Source: Octopus sinensis (Eukaryota). Taken from it: a DNA stretch of 64,000 bases. Below the pieces are notes generated by a model. The model saw only the letters and a program-made list of their open reading frames with translations, did no database searches and was not told where the DNA came from. Location: NCBI RefSeq assembly GCF_006345805.1, contig NC_043005.1, positions 23,994,001 through 24,058,000 of the forward strand. The letters are read 5' to 3'. A program made the position numbers and the translations under genes. Of this stretch, positions 1 to 9,844 are shown piece after piece. Position 1 is the first letter of the stretch, and each line of letters opens with the position of its first letter.

Positions 1-341
1 GCTTGATACCAACATACACCGAAAAAGGTAATGGACGAAAAGGGAAAGGCAAAAATCCTTTGGGACTTTGATTTCCAGACAGACATATAATAACCTCTAG
101 GAGGGGCGAACAAGAGTGCTTAATAATCGACGTAGCAGTGCCACCAGATTAGCATATCATTATGAAAGAAAGAGAAAAGGTTAAAAAATATGGAGACCCG
201 AGAATTGAGATTGCTAAGATGCGGCAGCTACGAGAGTCAATCGTAAAGTTTATTTATCCCTATTGTCATCGGAACATAGGGTTTAAAACCACCCAATCTG
301 AAAAAAGAAAAAAACGTCTGAAAACCTTAGAAATAACTTAC
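1..341 (+). mobile_element. R4/Dong-like non-LTR retrotransposon, RLE endonuclease region (degenerate), part 1
   Basis: Translates across stops and frameshifts to KILWDFDFQTD...LIIDVAVP.D..I.MKE.EKVKKY.D.RIEIAKM..LKTLEITY, matching the RLE C-terminus of the copy at 9873-10559. Confidence 0.8.
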
Positions 342-508
342 AGGAGTGGCTGTGTGGTAAGTAGCTTGTTTACCAGCCACATGGTTCCGGGTTCAGTCTC
401 ACTGCGTGGCACCTTCGGTAAGTGTCTTCAAATATAGCCTCGGGCCGACCAAAGCCTTGTGAGTGGATTTGGTAGACGGAAACTGAAAGAAGTCCGTCGT
501 ATATATGT

Positions 509-840
509 ATACTAGCAGTATCGCCCGGCGTTGCTCAGGTTTGTAAGGGAAATAACTATAAAGCATTTTTAGAGAGTTATAGCAAAAAAATGGAAAAAAA
601 TGATGGTAAATTATCCGGTTTGTGTTTCTGATTCTCGACCCCATGTCGAATTTATCGATTTTTTTCAGAACTGGGGGAACTTTTCAAAATTTTCGCTGCG
701 TTAGTTTTGAATTATGACATTGGGCTATGTGTGTGTCAAGTTTCATCAGAATCGGTTGAAAGCTGTGGTCAGGGTGAGGGTACAAGCAAACAGACACACA
801 GAAACACGCACAGACAAACTGCCGTTTATATATAGAGAGA
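509..840 (+). mobile_element. Helitron-like (Lep1/HINE-type) non-autonomous repeat, copy 1
   Basis: Starts ACTAGCAGTATCGCCCGGCGTTGC and ends ACAGACAAACTGCCGTTTATATATAG, inserted in a TA-rich tract. A near-identical copy lies at 996-1382. The family assignment rests on terminal motif style only. Confidence 0.5.
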
Positions 841-995
841 TAAATAACAACAAAATTTAGCCTGTATGTGTTTCATTGACCTGCTACAAAAAGTAGCGAA
901 ACTTCTTTTTTTTAAATTTTTATACCGAATAGAGAAACCAATTTTATAGTGTGTGTTGTGTGTGTGTGTGACGTCTGAATATTACATTGTAGATT

Positions 996-1382
996 ATACT
1001 AGCAGTATCGCCCGGCGTTGCTCAGGTTTGTAAGGGAAATAACTATAAAGCATTTTTAGAGAGTTATAGCCAAAAAATAGCAAAAAAATGGAAAAAAAAT
1101 GATGGTAAATTTTTTTTTGAGAGTAAAAAAGGTTGAGTTGCGTCCCCTAGACAGTCTGTGGTTTGTTTTTTTTTATTCTCGACCCCATGTCGAATTTATC
1201 GATTTTTTTCAGAACTGGGGGAACTTTTCAAAATTTTCGCTGCGTTAGTTTTGAATTATGACATTGGGCTATGTGTGTGTCAAGTTTCATCAGATCGGTT
1301 GAAAGCCGTGGTCAGGGTGAGGGTACGAGAAAACAGACACACAGAAACACGCACAGACAAACTGCCGTTATATATAGAGATA
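996..1382 (+). mobile_element. Helitron-like non-autonomous repeat, copy 2
   Basis: Same termini as 509-840, with an extra internal segment of about 50 bp. Confidence 0.5.
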
Positions 1383-1633
1383 TATATATATATATAATAT
1401 ATATGTGTGTATGTGTTTGGGTGCTGTGTTTGTCCCCCTAGCATTGCTTGACAACCGATGCTGGTGTGTTTATGTCCCCGTTACTTAGCGGTTCGGTAAA
1501 AGAGACCGATAAAATAAGTACTGGGCTTACAAAGGAATAAGTCCCGGGGTCGATTTGCTCGATTAAAGGCGGTGCTTCGGCATGGCCGCAGTCAAATGAC
1601 TGAAACAAGTAAAAGAGTAAAAGAGTAAAGAGT

Positions 1634-1730
1634 AATCTAGATGTATTGCAAAAGTCGGCATTACTTGGAACTGCACGCATATTGTGTTAAGCAATGTCTG
1701 TCCTTGTTGTGACTTGACAAACAGAACAAA
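1634..1730 (+). mobile_element. R4/Dong-like LINE 3' end, part 2 (continuation of 1-341)
   Basis: Removing 342-1633 restores the frame EITY|NLDVLQKSALLGTARIL. Confidence 0.8.
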
Positions 1731-2479
1731 CTCCCGACAGACACAATATCTTCAATCAACAACCTCACGATATTGTATACTGTTTTAGGTCTCCCTTGTT
1801 GAGCTACTTCCATGATGCTTCCTGGTCATTATTATTAGTCATGTCTATTTAGAATGGGTTAAAACTTCTCAAAATATTTTTCTCTTACTCTATAATAATA
1901 AAATCAAATTTTAGTTTAAATTCAGTTTAATAATCAGGTTATTAATCCGAATTTGAACTTAATTTCACTTAACAATATTTAACATATGGTTTGTAATTTC
2001 ATATTTTTCCAACACCTAATTGTAGCCGAATCCTCTAGCAGTGTTACTAATTGTTTAAAATGTTTCTATAAATAAGCGTGGACAATGCCAACTGTATTAT
2101 AGCGTTCGGCAAACCATGACGCTAAAGCCGCATGCTGATTAGTTAAGATAGTGTTAGTGACCATTAGTCTGCTGAAGCCTATCGGAAAGTATTAAAAAAA
2201 AAAAAAATTCATTCATTCGCTACAGTTGGCACATCTAAAACACATCAGTTATTTGCAAATGTTGTTACCACCTGAACATGAATAAGAGTATTTGTCAGAA
2301 GGCCTGACATTTTTTTTTTTGGGGGGGGGGTAAGTCGATCACATCGACCTCAGTACTTCACTGGTACTTAATTTATCAATACCGAAAAAGGATCTAAGGT
2401 AAAGTCGACTTCGACAGAATTTGAACTCAGAACGTAGCTGCAGACGAAATACCGCTAAGAATTTCCATGTGGCATGCTT

Positions 2480-2519
<40 letters not shown>

Positions 2520-2829
2520 GCACACACACACACAAACATAGACGTGTGTATGTATGTATGTATACGTAATATATGTACGTATGTGTGTTAGAGGCAGATT
2601 CATTTTCTGATGCTCTGAAGCATGAATTGTATAGTTCCCGACTTCACAACCACCGACGATAGGTTAACATCCAGGAAAGTCTGAAAGGCATTGAGACTCA
2701 AAAAGCAGAGAACAGTGTGATTGGGTGAGATCTATGAACATGGGGCTATGAAATGACCCTGCCTATGCAAAGAACGTGTTCTATGTATCCACTGAAGTAT
2801 ATCACAATGTATTTATTCAAATAACAGAT

Positions 2830-3245
2830 CTTTTAGCTTTTATCTTGTACTTGCGGCAGTCATTGGACTGCAGCCATCCTGGGGCACAGCCTTCAAGAGT
2901 TTATTCGAACATATTGAGCTCAGTACTTAATTTTTAAAGTCCGGTACTGATTCTGTCGGTCTCTTAGATCGAACTGCTAAGCTAGTGTACGTAAACAAGC
3001 CAACACCGATTGTGAAGCGGTAGGGAGACAAATACAAAGACTCACACACGCACGCACATGCACTCACACCTACATATTTGTACGACGGGATTCACACATT
3101 TCTGTGTACAAAATTCACTCTGAAGGCATTGGTTAGTCTGGGGCTATAGTAGAAAACGCTTGCTCAATGTGTTCTGCAGTGGGATTGAACCCGAAACAAT
3201 GTAGTTGCAAATCAAGTTTCTTAACCACACAACCATGGCTGTGCC
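2830..3245 (-). mobile_element. tRNA-derived SINE (same family as 342-1633), diverged
   Basis: Reverse-complement similarity to 342-500 and 1400-1620, with a central (CA)n tract. Confidence 0.65.
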
Positions 3246-4499
3246 TATATCAAAGGTTTTGCTTACAGCACCTGTGTTTCTCCAACAGTCACCCTTCCGA
3301 GTACAACGTCGTTCAACGTTGGTGATCGGACGAGGAGCGGTGTCACTGTGATTTGGCCGTAAACACAACAAATTTTAAAATAAAACCTAACCAGCATGTC
3401 TCAAATTTTGATGTAAATTTCTCTACTGATTCATCTCACATATCAAAATTACTGTTAAAATAAAAACTTTTCTCTATAGCTTATAGGTTTCGAGTTATGG
3501 CGTGGGAAGCGGATAAAAATAACGCATAATTATATACGTTCCTGATGCAGTGTAGACTCATGAAATAAAGCAAATCATTGACCAGAGTTAATATAATCTT
3601 TCATTTGAAAGACCCATGGGTATTCATATTCTATAAGCCACATTTTACGAAAGGCTATTTTCCTGTTTTACTTAACGACATATTCACGCAAATGTTTGTC
3701 ATGTAATAAGTTCGTGGCAGTATCATTTGCTAGAGATAATGTAGATAAAATATTTAAGCGATCTTCAGTAATGGTAGACGAAATTTGTTCTTTATAAAGG
3801 ATAAAAGATAGCTTTGAGGAATTCCTTTGTTTCATAGTTCATGATAAGCATTGTTAAATACTACTTAAGTATAGTGGCAATATTGGTTTCAAATTTTGGC
3901 GCAAGGTCAGCCAGTTTGGGGGGAGGGAATTAGTCGATTACATCGACCCCAGTGCTCAACTGGTAATTATTTTGTCGACCCCATAAAGATGAAAGACACA
4001 GTCGATCACGGAGGAATTTGAACTCAGAATGTAAAGACGGACGATGTATCGTTGGGCATTTTCCCTGGCGTGCTAACGATTTTACTAGTTCGTATATAAA
4101 CTGAAGAATCTTCAATACATTACGTTTCGTATAATGTCTTCTTCTCTGTTCTGAGGTTTTCTAAAGTGCAAATATTCTCTGAACTGAAACATTCATTTAC
4201 TAATATGTGGTCAATATAATTTGAAATAGGATGCTATTTTTATATCGTTTTAACGGTGGAAGTCAATATAGATAAAGCTATAAATAATCCTTTCTATTAT
4301 TGGCACAAAGCCTGGATTCATGTACCGAGAGAGACAATCGATCACATCGACCCCAGAACTCGACTGATCTTAATTTATCGACCCCGAAAGAATCAAAGGC
4401 AAAGTCGAACTCGGCGGCATTTGAACTCAGAACGTAACGACGGGCGAAATACAGCTAAGATACAGCTATGAATAATAGCATGTAGAATATTCGTTTCTA

Positions 4500-4860
4500 C
4501 TCTAGGCACAAAGCCCGACATTTTTGAGAGAGGATGCCAGTCGATTAGATCGACCCAAGTGCGCAACTGGTACTTAATTTATCGACCCCGAAAGGATGAA
4601 AGGCAAAGTCGACCTCGGCGGAATTTGAACTCAGAACGTAAAGACAGACGAAATACCGTTAAGCATTTCGCCTGGGGTGCTAACGTTTCTTATTTCTTTA
4701 TTGCCCACAAGGGGCTAAGCATAGAGGGGACATACAAGGACAGACATAGGAATTAAGTCGATTACATCGACCCAGTGCGTAACTGGTACTTTATTGACCC
4801 CGAAAGGATGAAAGGCAAAGCCGACCTCGGCGGAATGTGAACTCAGAAGGTAACGGCAGA
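4500..4860 (-). mobile_element. Two adjacent SINE copies (GGCGGCGAGCTGGCAGAA-head family); the second (4691-4860) carries a Tx1-type tail
   Basis: Core ATCGACCCCGAAAGGATGAAAGGCAAAGTCGAC occurs twice. Unit 1 breaks at GCTAACGTTTCT (4690) and is followed by TATTTCTTTATTGCCCACAAGGGG. Confidence 0.75.
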
Positions 4861-5054
4861 GTTTGGAGTCTCTCACCTGTTTTTTTGGAACTCACTTCCA
4901 GTTCAAAACAGCTGGTGAAAGAGTATATTCCTCTTTTATCAACTTATGGTAAAATTTCTTTGCATGTCATTTATACTCAGGTTTCCCTTCTGAATTTTCA
5001 AAAATATGTTTGAGAAGTCTGTAACCGTTTTTAATTGCTCTGATTCCTTCCATA

Positions 5055-5302
5055 GTACATTATTTACATTTGACGGATGTTTGTCCTCATCTTGTTCGTT
5101 GTTAACACAACGTTTCGGCTGATATACCCTCCAGCCTTCATCAGCCTTCATGGGGAAATTTCGAACCTGGGTTCTTATTCCTAAGGTATTTTTCGATGAT
5201 ATAATTATATTAATAATTATTGTTGTTATTCATGTCATTGCCTGGAATCGAACTCGAAATCTTGGGATCAGTAGCCCACGCTGTTAACCACTACGCCATA
5301 TG
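5055..5302 (-). mobile_element. tRNA-headed SINE whose tail contains a hammerhead-ribozyme-like core
   Basis: Minus strand: A box TGGCGTAGTGG and B box GAGTTCGATTCC (5302-5236); CTGATGA-A-GGCTG..CAGCC-GAAACGTT at 5144-5109. Confidence 0.65.
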
Positions 5303-6919
5303 TTTCCATAGTGAACACAGACATTCTATTTATACTTAATCCTTTCAGAGAAGAATCTTGGTTACAGGATGCGGTTAAAATCCACCGTAACTACGGAGAA
5401 AAGGAGAGAAAACACAGCTCTTACAAAATATGCAAAATATCAAAATATCCAACAGCTTCAGGTGCAGTAGGCATTGTTTTCTCTCCATCAACGTTGAGTG
5501 AATGAACTGCGCATGGAACATGCTCTGCATATCTGTTTTTAAAGAGTGTTTGTAGCCCATTGTTTGAAAACTTCATGTTAAAGCTGTTATCGTAGAACAC
5601 ACTACAGATATTTTTAAGAGAGCGCGTTCAAAACTTGTCAAAGTTGAATGGTTCTTCCATTGGTAAAAATCTCACAGTTTTCTATCAAACACTATCAGGC
5701 CACAATTACTGGCTGACTAGCATATGTTAAGTCAGAAATATAATACTCTATGATATCTTGATTGTAAATTTGATTCACAGTATCATTCAATCAATTCTTC
5801 ATACACGGTGTTAGAAAGGTAAATAGTTGATTACTTTCCTCTCTTACATTTCTTGAGATGTTCATATAAAAATGGGTCGACCTCTACAAGAAGCACAAAA
5901 GCTCTCATAGGTTTTTTTTTGTGAGCCCCATTATTCGCCAGGACTTGTAAATTCCAAGTAACTTTCACTTAAAGATTTATAACGGCTACAACTATATTTA
6001 ATGCTTTAAAATGGTACTAATCTGATGTGTTCTTCATGTTCTTGATCCACAGCGTCGAGAAACACACAATTACTATCTTATGCCCTATGCTATATTCATG
6101 ATACTCCAGAGTTTCGGGGTACATTAATCTAGTCAGAAAACCTATCCGTTGTGAGTGATGTTTGGCATTTTGAGAAAAGTGTTACAAACAAAACAGTATA
6201 TATATCCTTTGCTCTTTAAGTTAACTACCCAGAATCATATCACAGTTTAGTTAATTTTCAAGAAGTTTTCAAACTATTTGAGTGAAAATCATCTATTCTT
6301 CTCTTTGCACATTCTACTATATTTGGTATATTTTTATGTTACTTTGATATTACGCCCCACCTCAAAACCATGTCATACATTAAACCATTCTGTTTGAAAT
6401 AGTTATCAACAGTTACGGGGTAATTTGAGAGGTCACTGAATTTGTTTCTTGGTTTACATTTCTGCTTCGTAACCTCCCGTTCCAAAGTATTTATATGTTG
6501 CTCAATAGGATCATCTTATGATTGTCGAAAATGTCAAAAGTGAGTTGATAATTGCTTCAAATAGCTCCTGCAATATGTTCACTATCACTATGGTCACTGG
6601 TATTTGATTAGCTTCTTTCAGCTGAAGATGCTGGCAAAATTGACACCGAGAAATAGATTCGAAAAAACAAAAGCTCATTAGTAACACAACGTAACAATTT
6701 TCAAAAAAGAATTTGTTTATTGTATTTTTTTTATTGTTTATCAATCCATTTTTTCTGCTGATTACAAAAAGGAAATTATTTTTTGTGTATCATCAACAGT
6801 TAAAAAAATATGTCGATTTTCAATGTTATTATATATTCGGTATTGTTATAATGTTCCGATACTAAATGTTTGTCTAATTTTCTCTTTCAATCCAATTACT
6901 AATTTCTGCTACTTTCAGG

Positions 6920-7330
6920 ATGGCTACTAGACTATGTAAAAATTCTCCAGATACATTTTGCTGTGTGTGGTTAGTATATTGGAAAAAAGCAGGTATTACC
7001 TAAGATCGTGAAAGATGCCAAATTGTGGATAGTGTACATATAATATGTGGAAGCTGTCGATCTACTCTAGAAGGATGGTTAAGAGGTACAGGAGGTCAAT
7101 GCCTTTTGCCATTCCAAGGGTATGGAGAGAGCCAAAGAACCATCACGTTGAGTGTTACTTTTGTATGATCGATGTGACAAAGTACAGAAAAGTGAAAGGA
7201 AGACAAGCTCTTCAGTACCCAGACATACCATCATCTAGAACACCTGTACACATGATGGCAGTTTACGAGTGCCACTACCACCAGAAAATATTTCATCTGA
7301 AGAGTCAACAAGTAGCAGCAGCCAAGAAAT
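6920..7330 (+). mobile_element. Chapaev3-like (CMC) DNA transposase, N-terminal fragment
   Basis: MATRLCKNSPDTFC..HIICGSCRSTLEGWLRG..SMPFAIPRVWREPKNHHVECYFC..YPDIPSSRTPVH is the characteristic Cys-rich N-terminus. It is truncated by the LINE at 7331. Confidence 0.75.
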
Positions 7331-8926
7331 GGAGGATCTTTGCATTTCTATTTTCGACAATGCCTTCAGGTTTGTGGTCGTACCAATTGTTTTGCTCTGT
7401 CAAGTCCATACTTTTTGCAAAGTGTCCAATGGATAAGTCTGGCTATACTGTCGTGACGTCTCTTATATTCTTTCTGGGCTAGTGGCGTACATTGGCTGGT
7501 AATATGCCATACGGTTTCACTGTTTTGTCCACAGATTCTACACTTATCACTTTCTGATGTGCTGTCTATTCTGTATTTTATGTAGTTTGTTCTTAGTTCT
7601 TGCTCTTGGGCAGCACAGATTAGAGCCTCCGTTTCCGGTTTTAAATCACTTTTAGTCATCCACAGCCATCTTTTTTCTCCCTCTGTCTTATCTTCAACAT
7701 CCCTATGAAATTATCCATGCATTCTTTTCTTTACCCACCTATTTTCAGTATCTTGTATAGTGCTTTATCTATGAAATCTTTCATCTTACACAAGCCTGAC
7801 CTTGTAACTTCTAGTAGTGGCGGTTCCGTCGCATTTTTACATCCCATACTATGTTGTTTTCTCCTGCTCTAATGCTGTATTCGCATCCAATAAGTCTTCT
7901 TCCCCCTCATTTTCTTGGTACATACAGTCTGTCTGTGTCATATTTGGCTGGAGTGCCCCATATCTAGTTAGCAACTTGTCTTTCTGTCTAGGCTGTTTAG
8001 TTCGTCTACTGTCCATGCGATTACCCCTGCTCCATATCTAAGGAGTGAAACCGCCCAGATGTTGATAGCTTCGATCTTATTCCGTCCGTTTAATTTCGAC
8101 TTAAGAATCAGTCTCAGTCTGTGCAAGTACTCCACCTTAAATTTTTCTGTCATTTCTTTCTCCACCAATTTATCCATTTCCAAAACCTCCAAATACTTAC
8201 AGCTCGTCTCTTCTATCTGCTCATAACCTCCCCCGACGGTATCGTTAGTCCGTCCATACATTTGATTTTGCCTCTCTTCGATACTAACACATCACGCTTT
8301 CTCAGTCCCAACTCCATATCAGCACTGAAGATATACACCGTATCAACGAAGGAACTGACTTGGGCTTCATCGTTACGTTACCATAAAGTATGAGGTCATC
8401 CATGAATAACAAATAATTGACTTTTTGTTGGCGGCTTTTGAATACATACCCAGTTTTTGCTTTCCTCAGAATCAGTGTTAGTTTTATCAAGCACAGTAAA
8501 AAGATCAGTGGGGTCAGAAGTTGTCCCTCCTAATTTCTACTGTCCCTAAACTTCTTCCGTATGCTCCAATTCGCCATACTTTTTCCAAGCAATCGCTCAA
8601 CATTTGATGCAATCCCAAACAGGTTCATACACTCCATAATCCAAGATTGTGGGATCATATCGTATGCCTTATGATAGTCGATCCATGAAATGGCTAAGAT
8701 ACTTTTCCTCCTCTTGCAGTCTCTGAGTACAGTTTTATCTATCAGGAGTTGATTCTTGGTACTTCTGCACTTACGCTTGCAACCCTTCTGCTCATGTGGC
8801 AGGACTCCATTTTTTTCTAGATGTTCGTACATTAACTCTGCAAGTATTCCAGTCAATAATGTCCACATAAGTGGCAAATAAGATACCGGCCTGTAATTGT
8901 CTACCGTATTGCCTTTTTCGATGTTT
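7331..8926 (-). mobile_element. R4/Dong-like LINE, 5'- and 3'-truncated, degenerate RT plus CCHC finger
   Basis: [39 protein letters not shown]-like, CRICGQNSETVWHITSQC, WYDHKPEGIVEN. Confidence 0.85.
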
Positions 8927-9045
8927 TATTATTATTATTGTTGTTGTTGTTGTTGTTGTTATTGTTGTTGTTGTTGTCGTTGTTGTCGTCGTCGTCGTCG
9001 TCGTTGTTGTTGTTGTTATTATTATTGTTATTATTATTATAATTA

Positions 9046-9092
<47 letters not shown>
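8927..9092. repeat. (ATT)n/(GTT)n/(GTC)n compound microsatellite between two Dong-like copies
   Basis: Directly visible. Confidence 0.95.
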
Positions 9093-9407
9093 GATTTAAC
9101 TTAGGTTCCGTCTTATTTCTAGTAAGTTATATATGGGTAGTGGGTTGCTATCTGTAATCTTAAGTAGCTAAAAGTTTTCAGCTGTCTTTCAAGTGCTTAG
9201 AAACCTCCTGATAATCCTTGCTGCCCCTAAGAGACAAACATTCTCTAGGAGCTCTACAGATCATTCTATTCCTATCTCCTTCAGCCATTTGTCTGTATCT
9301 TTACTTACTGTTCCCAACCAACCAATTATTATAAGCGCGACCTTTACTCTTCTCAGGCTCCAAACGTTCCCTATTTCAAATTTTAGTGATTTACTCCAAA
9401 GCCCATG
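9093..9407 (-). mobile_element. R4/Dong-like LINE 3' end plus 3' UTR
   Basis: EIGNVWSLRRVKVALIIIGWLGTVSKD..ELLENVCLLGAARIIRRFLST*, followed by a UTR running into (AAT)n. Confidence 0.8.
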
Positions 9408-9791
9408 GCGGCCAAAATGATCAGAACGGTTGCATTAACTCCGTGTTTTAGCATATTTAGCCGGCGAACTCTAATGTTTTGAATTTGTTTATGTGATGGT
9501 TCGTTTACTGAATATTAGTAAGAATATCTGCAGTGTACTTTGTTAATATAATGCCACTTACTCCGTTACCAATTCGTCAGCAGATTATTAAGCTTCGAAT
9601 GAAGGATAATTTAAGTATTGGGTCTATTGCAAAGTCAAAAAGTGTTGTTCACGGTATTCTTTATTGTATTTATTATAAATATTGTATTTATTGCCTGTGA
9701 AAATTATAGAATATAAAACAACTTTGATAAAAACGTATACCTACTTTTCTGGCGAAACAATGCTGTTCTGAACATTTTGGCCGCAACTGTA
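9408..9791 (+). mobile_element. Internally deleted Tc1-like element
   Basis: Imperfect TIRs GCGGCCAAAATGATCAGAAC and GTTCTGAACATTTTGGCCGCAACTGTA; ATG at 9551 gives MPLTPLPIRQQIIKLRMKDNLSIGSIAKSKSVVHGIL (HTH-like). Confidence 0.6.
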
Positions 9792-9844
9792 CATTGGTAG
9801 CCATTAAACTAAACTCATTAGTTCGTTCATTTTTTTTTAAGTTA

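Larger units (their letters stand above)
342..1633 (+). mobile_element. tRNA-derived SINE (head GGAGTGGCTGTGTGGTAAGTAGCTTG) with nested insertions in its central microsatellite
   Basis: A-box-like TGGCTGTGTGG and B-box-like GGGTTCAGTC; 3' half resumes at about 1400 and ends in (AAAGAGT)n; the same family occurs inverted at 2830-3245 and 58150-58551. Confidence 0.8.
3650..6750 (-). mobile_element. hAT (ZMYM1/DUF4371-like) transposase relic fragmented by SINE insertions
   Basis: Colinear minus-strand pieces: VDPFLYEHL..YLSNTVYEELIE (about 5900-5780), FYDNSFNM..GLQ..HVPCAVHSLN..PEAVGYF (about 5600-5430), AIKNGY..KLIKEE (about 5060-4900), QFREYL (about 4190) and dimerisation-domain-like SKLSF..STITEDRLNILSTLSL (about 3830-3720). 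Confidence 0.75.

Noticed and set aside
1760-2330. Minus-strand frame WFAERYNTVGIV..FKQLVTLL looks transposase-like
   Set aside because: Too degenerate to assign, and out of order relative to the hAT relic.
5236-5302. tRNA-like sequences with A and B boxes at many loci
   Set aside because: They are SINE heads lacking a complete cloverleaf and proper 3' acceptor strand; not called tRNA genes.
6340-6500. PVTVDNYFKQ resembles an Argonaute PAZ motif
   Set aside because: No other Argonaute features; it lies within the stop-ridden hAT relic.
8792-9104. Long poly-I/T/V/C/Y/H ORFs here and at 15153-15440, 22346-24223, 32192-32601, 43245-43502, 47144-47526, 48892-50702 and similar
   Set aside because: These are translations of (ATT)n, (CA)n, (TA)n and (TATG)n microsatellites, not proteins.
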